This document shows positions 1 to 10,490 of a DNA stretch of 49,152 nucleotides, one piece after another. Location of the stretch: assembly GCF_018977255.1 (NCBI RefSeq), contig NW_024705390.1, forward strand, positions 1 to 49,152, written 5' to 3'. Source of the stretch: Callorhinchus milii. Its lineage: Eukaryota. The notes under the pieces were generated by a model. It saw only the letters and a list, made by a program, of their open reading frames with translations, was not told where the DNA came from and did no database searches. Numbering within the stretch: position 1 is the stretch's first letter; each line of letters opens with the position of its first letter. Made by a program: the position numbers and the translations under genes.

Positions 1-285
1 ACCCCCCCCCCACCCAATTCGCCCGCTCCGCCATCTCCCGATCACCGAACGGATCGACAAATCCCTTCGGGCCCTGCACCCCCCACCCCCCCCCCCCGAC
101 CTTCTTCTTTACTCCCCAACCCACCACCCGTTGCCCTCTGTGAGTTGATCACATCATTTATCACAATGCATTTATCAGCTGCTACAGAGAAACTCCTCTC
201 ACCGCCCTCCGCGGCGCCCCCACCCCCCCCACCCACCACCACCCACACCCCTCAATTTCTCTCCAAATGGATTGAAGCCTCTTAC

Positions 286-2948
286 TTTTCAGCTTGTGGT
301 CCAAATATTCCAGGACAATTCTAATAATCTGAATAATGGTCAGGATCAGAGCACCAAAAGCCAAGGAGCCGGTGTGATACCTGCAAACAATAATATAATA
401 ATAATAATCCTTGCATTTGGTGTGGCGTATCTTATCGCGTCGTTGAGTCTTCCCCAAGCGCTTCGCGGACTATGCCGTAAAGTGGAATTGGTGGCATTTT
501 GGGCGAAACGCGGCAGCCAATTGAGCACTGCAATGTCCCACGAACAGTCGTGGATTGAGTAAACCCATTTTTTTTTGGGGGGGGGGGGTGGGGGGAGGGA
601 TTATTACCCCCGGGAAGTGATCCATCAATTGACTAACACCCGGGTTCCTACTTACTGTTCGGTAAATAGGGGTATGGAGTAAGGAAACTTGGCTAAGGTT
701 TCCCCACACCCCCCTCGGGAATCCAACCCCAGGTCCTCTCTCTCTCTCTCTTAAAAGCACGGGAGCAGCGTGTGATGACACGGTGGCCATTTTAGGCCGA
801 GGATCCCACGTGCGTAGGCCCTGTGATCTCCCCCGTTTCTGGAATGGAACGTGCACTCTCTCTCTCTCTCTCTCTCTGGAAGGGTGACAACCACTTGCGC
901 TAATATAGCGACCTTCACGGGGGTAGCGTCCCAGAGCGCTCGCTGCTTACCTCGGACCCTACTTTCAGGGAAAGAGGGAGCAGGGTATTAGAAACACTCA
1001 CCTCAGCGCCCGGAAGAAGGAGGAGGTGACGGGGAAATAAGGGATGTCTTGGGGTTTTTTGAAGGCCCAATAGTAGGAGGCGAAAGCCCCGGCCAGGCAG
1101 CACTGCCCCAGGGCGATGACAAAGTTCATGCACCACAAGAATCCCACCACGTTGTAGATCTGGAGATTGAAGAGGTTTCTCTGGAAGAGCCCCTCGGAGT
1201 TGTACTTGTAGAATATACAGCTGGTAGTCTGGCAGTCGTAGTCCGAAGCATTGAAGGCCTGTGCAGACGAGGGAGGCTTTGTTTTACTGCCCTTTTCTTT
1301 GTCCACCCTCCACCCCTGGTGTAAGGCGGGCGCCATGTTGGCTTTGGCGCCTACAAAATGGCTGACCAGCATCACTTCCAGCGCGTGCCGTAACAATAAT
1401 CCTTGGATTTCCTACAGCACCTTTCCACGTCACTGAGGCGTCTCAAAGCGCTTCACGGAATACTTTCCTAAGGTCTCTCCCCGCCCGGGAACCGAACGCG
1501 GGTCCTCTTGCTTGCGAGGCGAGCGCTCCAACCGCTACGCCGCAGGACTCCCAAGTGCAGGAAGCAATGTGGATGGTGCCCAATGACCCGGAAGTCAGGC
1601 ATTTTCCACTGAGCAGCGTGGAAAGCCGACACCGCGCAAGAAAAAGGAAGTCATGCCGCTGCGGCCATTTCACCTCTGGGAAGCGGTCACGGACTGAAAA
1701 CACAAGTCACTACGACTCCACTGTCTCGCTCCTTCCATCACCAACAGCTTGGCCTTCCCAGACGGCTTGATACCCAATTGGGAGTGTAAATACGGAGGGG
1801 GAAAACCTCATTGAGTGGCTGATTGTGAGCAGGCGAGTGTGTGCGTGTTGCGGGTGCGCGCGGCGGCGGGGGTTAATACCGTGGGAGCGCAGCTTTCATT
1901 CCCACTAATGGTGTCACAGTTTGGAGCACTGGTGTTCAGCGCGATGACACGATACAGAGGTTCCCCGGACGTGGCCAAGTAGCTGAATTGACACGAGTTG
2001 AGGAAAAGACGAGCAGTTGCCAGTTGAGATGCACGGAAAGGCTTCACTTGATACCAGGAGAGAGATAACAGCAACAACGACTTGCATTTATATAGCGCCC
2101 TTCCCGTGAGCACTTAACGGTGGGGGGGAGGGGGGCAAGATAATAATAATCCTTGCGCCTCATCATGTGGAGTAAGGAAACTCGCCCAACGGTTCAGTAC
2201 CGCCCGGGAACAAGATTTGGGGAATAGTGGCTGAGAGTGATTTCACCCCAAGCCCCGCACCCACCTCCTCCCCGGCCTTCCCGGAGACAGACCCGATCGC
2301 CGGGCAGTTGAAGTGAAAAAGGATACAGAGCAGTCAACGCCCAATAGGCCACGCAGATGACCAAAAGCACAAAGGTACACAGTGGGTAGGCCAGGGAAGA
2401 CATGATGTGGGCAATCGCTCTGTCGGAAGAAAGGGAGAGAAGGTTTATGGAGACAACACAGGGGAAAGTGCCCAATCGCCCATCCTGTCCACTGCCCGTG
2501 ACAATTTCCCCCGTCCGCCTCACCTCCCCTCATGGCTCGCAACTCCACGTTTGTCTCAACGGCGCGTCGTCTGACTTTGCCCCAGAAACGGGCGTGAGAA
2601 CAGCCGGACAGGAAGTGACAGTGAAAGCACTGACCAGCAACAGAAGTGACATCTCCCAAAGACCTGGAAGTGCCCATCTGTGGCCATTTTTACATTGTAT
2701 CCCCGTTGTAAAGTGGTCTCTTGAGTTTGTGGACCTGAATAATGACGGTATGGGGGGGGTCGGGCGGGGGCGTGGGGGGGGGGGGGCAAGGGGAGGTTGA
2801 CCCAGCTAACGGACCAGGCTACCCCACCACCCTCGCCCCAGCACTTACTTGCTGGCCTCCCCGATGAGGGCGATCGCGATGCGGATTCGCTTCCGTAGGA
2901 AGATCAACAGCAACAGAAAGATAACCTCCAACACGATCAGGATTATAA
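286..2948 (-). CDS. SLC44A4: Choline transporter-like protein 4, five internal coding exons (partial gene): 2849-2948, 2327-2419, 1880-1982, 1002-1258, 286-380
   Basis: All exons have AG/GT ends and compatible phases. They splice to [76 protein letters not shown]...CAPT-AFN...[52 protein letters not shown]...[35 protein letters not shown]. This matches the CTL/SLC44 family; the [15 protein letters not shown] motif and MHC linkage favour A4 over A2/A5. Confidence 0.9.
392..760 (-). mobile_element. tRNA-derived SINE (decayed) in SLC44A4 intron
   Basis: Reverse strand shows a B-box (ggttggattccc), gggaaaccttagccaagtttccttactcca, the body ttgcagtgctcaattggctgccgcgtttcgccc and an (ATT)n tail, all homologous to the intact SINE at 27975-28310. 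Confidence 0.8.
1440..1550 (-). mobile_element. Internally deleted SINE (head joined to tail)
   Basis: Reverse strand reads gagtcctgcggcgtagcggttggagcgctcgcctcgcaagcaagaggacccgcgttcggttccc (tRNA-like head), followed directly by gtgaagcgctttgaga (tail). Confidence 0.65.
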
Positions 2949-3057
2949 CTGGACAAAGAGGAGTTTTCACACTTTACAGGAAATCCTGGGAAGCGCTTTG
3001 AGACGTCCTCCCAATGTGACAAGACGCTGTATGTTTTTGGGTCAGCCGGGCGTCGGC

Positions 3058-3530
3058 GTCTGACCCACGTCACCGCAATCAGCCGCGTGTCTGACCCACG
3101 TCACCGTGATCAGCCGCGTGTCTGACGCACGTCACCGTGATCAGCCGCGTGTCTGACACACGTCACCGAGATCAGCCGCGTGTCTGACCCACGTCACCGC
3201 GATCAGCCGCGTGTCTGACCCACATCACCGCGATCAGCCGCGTGTCTGACCCACATCACCGCGATCAGCCGCGTGTCTGACCCACGTCACCGTGATCAGC
3301 CGCGTGTCTGACCCACGTCACCGTGATCAGCCGCGTGTCTCACCCACGTCACCGTGATCAGCCGCGTGTCTGACCCACGTCACCGTGATCAGCCGCGTGT
3401 CTGACCCACGTCACCGTGATCAGCCGCGTGTCTGACCCACGTCACCGTGATCAGCCGCGTGTCTGACCCACGTCACCGTGATCAGCCGCGTGTCTGACCC
3501 ACGTCACCGTGATCAGCCGCGTGTCTGACC
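3058..3530. repeat. 30-bp minisatellite, about 15 units (tcagccgcgtgtctgacccacgtcaccgtga)
   Basis: Directly visible tandem array. The same unit occurs at 43083-43260, and a 40-bp variant at 19770-19985 and 32250-32410. Confidence 0.95.
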
Positions 3531-4406
3531 AACGTGGAAACCCATCACTGTGCTTAACAGTCCCCAAACCAGGCCTGAGAGTCACACGTGTGTATGTCAC
3601 CTCCACACGGATCTCTCCCCGTGTCTGGGATGGAGTGCTCTCTCTCTCTCTCTCTCTGTGCAGGACACATGGTGGTTACATGACCCTGGAGAGAGTTGGC
3701 CAGAGCCAAGGCTTGGGGACCCCGAGTGTGTGTGTGTGTGTGTGTGTGAGTGAGTGTGTGTGAGTGTGAGTGGTTTGGGGGGGACCCAGAGTGTGTGTGT
3801 GAGTGTGTGAGTGAGTTGTGTGAGTGTGTGTGGTTTGGGGGGGACCCAGAGTGTGCGTTGGGGTAACTGCTGGAGTCTAACCCACTAAACCCACAGCTTA
3901 GCCCCTGAGAGCCCTGTCTCAGTGTGAGTGTGTGTGAGTGTGTGAGTGAGTGTGTGTGACCCCCTGAGAGCCCTGTCTGGCAGCTTCCCGCTGCTTGTCC
4001 AGCGAGGACTGCCCGACCCCTCAGGGCTTTGGCCGCAGGATAGCAGGAGCCGAGTGGGCCACGTGGCTTCCCCAGTGGCCAGTGGTAACCCGCTCAGTGC
4101 CAGGGCCCCGGTGCCAGTGGGCACTGGATGGCCAATACCCTGTGAGCTTCACTGGGATCACTTCCCGGTCTCAGGAAGGACGTCCCCGGTGAGCGCGGGG
4201 GGTGGGGGGGATTCCACTCCCCCAGTGGCCCTGTCACAGCCCAGTCCCTCACTCCCTCCCTCCCTCCCTCACTCCCTCCCTCCCTCCCTCCCTCCCTCAC
4301 TCACTCCCCCACTCCCCCAGTGGCCCTGTCACAGCCCAGTCCTGATCCTCACAGTGGGTTAGTGACTGGGGATCACGAGAGGTTGTGTGGCGCTGACCGG
4401 CTCTTA

Positions 4407-7400
4407 CCTGCGGTTGATCATCGGGGACTTGGCCGCTTTCTTCACCTGTTACCAGAAACAGATGTCAGAGTCAGACCGTCAATGTCTGTAGGTTACAGTC
4501 AGACAGTCACAGGGAAAATGCCTGTATGTCACAGTCAGACAGGAAACGCCTGTGCATTACAGTCAGACAGAAATTGCTGTACATTGTAGGGTTTGACAGT
4601 GAGGTGAGCAGAGAACACGTCACACACGTCCACTTGCAGAGTGTAGTCTGACCCGGTGTACAGCCGCACTGTTATTCACTTACTGGATGGACGGTTGTAC
4701 TGGTGAGTCCCGGGTCCTGTCAATAAACAGACGTCAATTACACACAGACCCAGTGATGCTCGTTCAGCCCTCAAACACACACACATACACACACACACAC
4801 ACAACAGTCAGTTACACACACAGAGACAACACACACATATATAAAACCCAATCTCACACATACAGACAACAGCCGGTCTCACACTCTCACACACAACACT
4901 CAGTAACACAGACAGACAGTGACAGGTGTGGGGCTCAGTGAACCGCAGGACCAATGATGTGATAATTATAATTATAAAACACTGGTTAGGCCTCAACCAC
5001 AGACTGTGGTCAGTTCTGGGCCCCACACTGTAGGGTTAGGGTTAGTTAGAGACTGTGTTCAGTTCTGGGCCCCACACTGTAGGGTTAGAGTTAGTTAGAG
5101 ACTGTGTTCAGTTCTGGGCCCCACACTGTAGGGTTAGGGTTAGTTAGAGACTGTGGTCAGTTCTGGGCCCCACACTGTAGGAAGGATGTCAAGGCATTGG
5201 AGAGTGTGCAAAGGAGATTGACCGCGATGGCACCAGGAATGAGGGCTTCAGTTATCAGGAGAGGCCACAGACGTGAGGATTGTTCTCCTTGGAGCAGAGA
5301 AGGTTCAGAGGAGACTCCAGAAGTTTTGAAAATGATGAGGGGATTCGATAGGGGGAACAAGGAGACACTATTCCCACTGGCGGGTAGGACGGTAACCCCA
5401 GGACACCCATTCAAAATAGTTGTTAAAAGAAACAGAGTGGAGGGGAGGAGACATTTTTATCAGACGCGAGTTGTTGGGATCTGGAATGTATTGCCTGAAA
5501 GGCTGATGGGAGCTGATCAGGGCTATGGGGGGAGAGCGGGGGAGTGGGGTTGATCAGGGCTATGGGGGGAGAGCGGGGGAGTGGGGTTGATCAGGGCTAT
5601 GGGGGGAGAGCGGGGGAGTGGGGTTGATTTGTATCGCACTTTTCAAAGAGACAGACACGATGGGCTGAATGGCCTCCTTCTGTGCTGTATAATTCTATGA
5701 TTCTCTCTGATGATCGGCTCCCGCGACAGTGCCATTTATTCACCTTTTCGCTCTCGTTTTCTTTTCCAGAAGAGAATCCCCACAATCCCAGACACCAGCA
5801 AAGCCCCGATGATGAGGCCCAGGATCCAGGAAGTGGAACCGGCCGGAGTTCTCCCTGTTTTCCCATCTGTTCGGAGTGAACAACAACCAAACTTTCATTA
5901 AGGTCCTGAGAGCGAGAGAGGAGCGGAGTCTGAGAGAGGGAGAGGGTCAGACGATGAGAAGAGACAAACGAGAGAGAATGAGAGAGAGAGAGAGAGAGAG
6001 AGATCTGAAGAGTATTGGAGGACGGGAAGAGAGAGAGGTGAGGAGTATGAGAGAATATTGGAGAACGGGATGAGAAGGGGCGATGGGCGGCTGTTTAGAG
6101 TAGACAGAGAGTTCTCCCGGAGACAGACTGACACCTCATGTTATTCCCGGTTTCCCGCTGTGACCTTATGTGTGTGGATGACCTATGTATGTGGTTGACA
6201 CCCAATCCTCCTCCAGCTGTGACTCCAGATCCCTGATGTCCTGTCAGTTTGTTTGTCAGACATCAAGGACTGGTTGAGCGTAAACTTCCTGTAGCTGAAC
6301 ATCAACAAGACAGAAGCCATACTCCTTGGCTCCCATCGTGTCTCCTGTGGCTCTGACCTCCTCAACCTCCCTGTCCTTTGCCTAAGACTTACTGAACCTG
6401 TACATAACCTGAGCGTCAGCTTCGACCCTCAGCTGTCCTTCCTCCCCCACATCCGGTCCCTGACCAGGACCACTTTCCTCCACCTCCTCCACATTGCCCA
6501 CCTCCGACCTTACCTCACACCCAACACAACCAAAACCCTTGTCCATGTGTTTGTCACCTCCCACCTTGACTATTCCAATGCCCTCCTCTCTGGTCTCCCC
6601 AACCTCACTATCCACAGACCCCAACTAATCCAGAACTCCACCGCCCGTATAACCACCCGCTCGACACACCTCACCCCATCACCCCCATCACCCCCATCAC
6701 CCCGGCCCTCACCAGGCGCCACCGGCTCCCTATCAGAGACACCATCCACTTCAAGATCCTCACACTTGTCTACACGTCCCCGGCACCTCCTTAGTTTCCC
6801 AACCTTTCCTACTCCTCACTCCACCACCCGCCCCCTCCGCTCGGTTGGCTCCGGCCTCCTGCTTGTACCTCGTCCCTTCTGCTCCACCATCAGTGGCTGA
6901 GCTGACAGCCACTACGGTCTGAAACTCTGCAAATCCTTCCCTCAATCCCTCCACATTGCCCCCTCCTTCCCCATTTTCACATCACACCTGAAGACCTTCC
7001 TCTCTGACTGTGCTTACGGTCCCCTCCCCCTCCCCCTGTGTCAGCCCCACCACTGTTAAGTGCTCGAGACGCTGCCCCGTGTGAGGTTGCTGTGTAAACC
7101 CGAGTTGTTGTTGTTGATCTTACCCCACGGCACCTCCAACACCCCCTGGAGGCTGCTGTGCTCCACCAGACAGGAGAAGCCCTGCTCCCCCGCGGAGCCC
7201 GTCTCCAGCTCCATCTGCTTCACTGTCTGAAAGGTGTGGTCGTGGTTGGGTAATACACCGCTGGACTCCACCTCGTGGACAGTGTTGCCGTCCCTTGTCC
7301 AGGTCACCTCGATGGGCCGCGGATAGAAGCCAGTAACAAGACAGGAGAGAAGGGCTCTCCCCCCCACGTCCCTCCTGTAACTGACTGAGACGTCAGGGCG

Positions 7401-9515
7401 GCCTGGGGAGGGGAGCACAGTCACACACAGCTCAGCACTGAGCCCACCCTGACACAGCGAGGCTTAACCATATAATAAGGCCATATTAGTAACAACACAC
7501 ACTCACTCTGTCGCTGGAAGGTGGGTTTTGAATACTGATAATATTCCTCCATCCGATTAAGACAATCATTCTCCAGTTCCTGTTTCCAATACTGATTCAT
7601 GTCTCTGTCGTTGTCCAGTTTCTGTCTCAGGGTCTGAGCCTCGGGAACAGCAGAAATCCATCTCAGGTCGTTTTTGTCAAAGCTGAGAAAATCTTCACCA
7701 TCGAACGCGACTGTGATGTGTCCGTCTGTAGTGCCGTCCTCCCTCACCTCACAGCCAAATACCACCTGGCCATAGTGAGCCCCTGAAATAGCCATTGACA
7801 GCCATTGTGATCAGCGCAGAGTGTGTCTGTCCATCACCGACTGTCTCACACACTCACAGATACACTCACACAATAACAAAGATACACTCACACACACTCC
7901 CTCACACACGTACTGAACACACACAAACACGTGTGCACACACAGTGAACGGCGCTGGATGTTTACAGGGAATATTAAACCACTCACCGCTCGTAATATTC
8001 CTCCTCTTCATCATATACAACATATTCTCCTTCACCGTCATATAATCTGCCTTCACCCTCTCTACACGTATAAAGATGCGCTGTTCTCTAACAGCCGTCT
8101 CTACACCGGGAATCCGACTGACAATTCTCTCACTGTTGCTGTCGTAGTGATAGACCTCAACATCGTCCAACATCGTAGCACGACTGTACTCTGGAAGTTC
8201 TCCGTCCGCTGACACCCACAATTGTAACAATCTCAACACCTGAGGCTCTGTCAGACACAAACACACACACTGGTTGTACGTGTGTAACAGGTCACTGAGT
8301 ACATACTGTTCACACGCTTCACACACACTTGTCACATACAGCACACGCTCGCAACTGTCAAATGCCCACACAGCTCACAGTGTACACACAGCTCACAGTG
8401 TACACACAGGGCACAGTGTACACACAGGGCACAGCTCACAGTGTACACACAGGGCACAGTGTACACACAGCTCACAGTGCACACACAGGGCACAGCTCCC
8501 AATGTACACACAGCTCACAGTGTACACACAGGACACAGCTCACAGTGTACACACAGGACACAGCGTACACACAGCTCACAGTGTACACACAGGACACAGC
8601 GTACACACAGGGCACAGTGTACACACAGGGCACAGTGTACACACAGGGCACAGTGCACACACAGGGCACAGTGCACACACAGGGCACAGTGCACACACAG
8701 GGCATAGCTCACAGTGTACACACAGGGCACAGTTCACAGTGCACACACACGGCACAGCTCACAGTGTACACACAGGGCACAGTGTACACACAGGGCACAG
8801 CGTACACACAGCTCACAGCGTACACACGTACACACAGCTCACAGCTCCCCGCAGCCCTGCGATGGAGCATCAGCCTGGACTGTGAGCTCAGAGTCTCCAA
8901 CTTGTATGTGGTGGGGGGGGTAGGAGGAGAGGGGTTTGCACCCCACAGCCCCTGTAGCTCAGGGGTTAGACCCCTCCCCTCACACCCCACAGCCCCTGTA
9001 GCTCAGGGGTTAGACCCCTCGCCCCACACCCCACAGCCCCTGTAGCTCAGGGGTTAGACCCCTCCCCTCACAAGGCAGAGGATGTGGGTTCGATTCCCGA
9101 GTGGGACAGGACAGGGGGAAACCTTAGGCAGTTTCCTTACTCCCCTAACAACCCAACCCACCCCCACCCGCCCCCACCCCCACCCCCCCCTCACAAACAG
9201 CAGTCAGTGGGAACCTGCGGCTCATCAAATGGTCGATCGCTTTTCCGGTGATGATCCCTTCGACCAAAATAGATTTTGACCGAAAGATTCCGGTGGCTTC
9301 AGCCGCGGCTGTTTGCCCACAACACGTACGTACGGTCACTGCGCTGTCCTGCGAAGGGCTTTGCGACGTCTCGGGAGACGTGAGAAGGCGCCGCGTCAAA
9401 CGCGAGGATTATTATTATTAATATCACTATTATTGTGACAGTCCGACGGCCACTTACTTTGGAGCCCAAAGCACAAGGGCAGGAGGGCAGCGACAGCCGT
9501 CAGGAACAGCTTCAT
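4407..9515 (-). CDS. MHC class I-like heavy chain, copy A. Exons: leader 9458-9515, alpha1 7987-8247, alpha2 7507-7782, alpha3 7124-7402, TM 5744-5866, cyt1 4684-4716, cyt2 4407-4444; no own terminal exon found
   Basis: Signal peptide MKLFLTAVAALLPLCFGLQ. The 261/276/279-nt phase-1 exons carry class I motifs (YHYDS, GCEV...[11 protein letters not shown]...[12 protein letters not shown]...[10 protein letters not shown]...[10 protein letters not shown]). TM is [21 protein letters not shown] followed by KRKRERK. All splice sites are canonical. Confidence 0.92.
5100..5710 (+). mobile_element. CR1-type LINE 3' fragment with embedded 36-bp VNTR (intron 5 of copy A)
   Basis: Translates to CR1 RT C-terminal motifs ([22 protein letters not shown]..., GYGERAGEW) and ends in the CR1 tail gatgggctgaatggcctccttctgtgctgtataattctatgattct. 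Paralogous fragments lie at about 17460-18200, 29285-30850, 40850-41680 and 44810-45490. Confidence 0.85.
6225..7060 (+). mobile_element. L2-type LINE 3' fragment (intron 4 of copy A)
   Basis: Decayed L2 RT C-terminus: [22 protein letters not shown]...[27 protein letters not shown]. Paralogous copies at about 16290-17010, 27665-28850 and 39665-40370; mostly deleted in E. Confidence 0.85.
8370..8840. repeat. Intron-1 minisatellite (18/25-bp units, tgtacacacagggcacagctcacag)
   Basis: Tandem array. The same family lies at 13992-14375, 25805-26212, 35757-36325, 37628-37870, 38170-38350 and 47398-47590. Confidence 0.95.
8940..9420 (+). mobile_element. tRNA-derived SINE with tandemly amplified A-box (3 x 44 bp) in intron 1 of copy A
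   Basis: ccctgtagctcaggggttaga occurs three times, then the B-box ggttcgattccc, gggaaaccttaggcagtttccttactcc and a decayed tail ending (ATT)n. Confidence 0.8.
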
Positions 9516-9650
9516 GGTCCTGTTGGTTGGAGAAGAAGACACGGATCAAATACCACTCTCTCTCAGCTCTGCTCTCACACACTGACTCAGTCTCTGTCTG
9601 CGCTCAAACTGACTCAGTCTCTGACTGATCTCACACTGACTCACTCACCG

Positions 9651-9716
9651 CCAATGGGAGGATCTCGGGAGCCGCTCGTAATGGGTCTCCGGGTAAAGGC
9701 TCTGAAACAGGTTGTG
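9651..9716 (-). promoter_or_regulatory. S-X-Y class I promoter module, copy A
   Basis: Reverse strand: caacctgt (S), cctttacccggagac (X1), attacga (X2-like), cccattgg (Y), about 135 bp upstream of the ATG. Confidence 0.75.
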
Positions 9717-9999
9717 ATCTGTGGTTCCTCCCCGTGGGGGAGTGTGTGTGTGTGTGTGAGAGAGAGAGTGAGTGTGTGTGAGAGGGTGTGAGTGTGTGCG
9801 AGAGGCTGTGAGTGTGTGTGAGAGGGTGTGTGTGAGTGTATAAGTGTGCGATTGTGTGTGTGAGTGTGAATATGACTGTGATTGTGTCAATGTGTCTCAG
9901 TGAGTGAGTGAGTGAGTGAGTGCAGCATCTCCTAAAAAAAACCTACCCTCGACCCGACCCGACCTTCCTGGAACGCGAGTAACACCCCTCCCTCCAACA

Positions 10000-10490
10000 A
10001 GCCCCTCCACTCTCCCCTTGAGCCCCTCCACTCTCCCCTTGAGCCCCTCCACTCTCCCCTTGAGCCCCTCCACTCTCCCCTTGAGCCCCTCCACTCTCCC
10101 CTTGAACCTCCACTCTCCCCTTGAGCCCCTCCACTCTCCCCTTGAGCCCCTCCACTCTCCCCTTGAGCCCCTCCACTCTCCCCTTGAGCCCCTCCACTCT
10201 CCCCTTGAGCCCCTCCACTCTCCCCGTGAGCCCCTCCACTCTCCCCTTGAGCCACTCCCCCCTCGAGCCCCTCCAATTACTACTCGAGCCCATCCACACC
10301 CTTCTCGAGCCCCTCCACTCTCTCCTCGACCCTCTCTGCTCTTTCCTCGATCCCTCCACTCTCTACGCGAGCCCCTCCACTCCCTTCTTGACCCCCTCCA
10401 CTTCCTCCTCGAGCCCCTCCACTCCCCGCTCGAGCCCCTCCACTCCCCGCTCGAGCCCCTCCACTCCCTCGAGCCCCTCCGCTCCCTCCT
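10000..10490. repeat. 21-bp minisatellite (gagcccctccactctcccctt) abutting an L2 ORF2 fragment
   Basis: Tandem array. Paralogues at 24465-24775, 34195-35060 and 48940-49152. Confidence 0.95.

Noticed and set aside
130-183. Possible next SLC44A4 exon after tctctgtag (AADKCIVINDVINSQ)
   Set aside because: It does not match the expected Cys-rich CC.KCC.WCLEKF segment; the true next exon is probably outside the window.
7056-7424. ORF-track proteins starting [17 protein letters not shown] or MWAFDSC as standalone genes
   Set aside because: These are single class I exons with intronic extensions; splice sites define the real boundaries.
8274-9045. HTGHSV / YTQGTA / Cys-rich ORFs here and in every intron 1
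   Set aside because: Translations of the intron-1 minisatellite, not zinc fingers.
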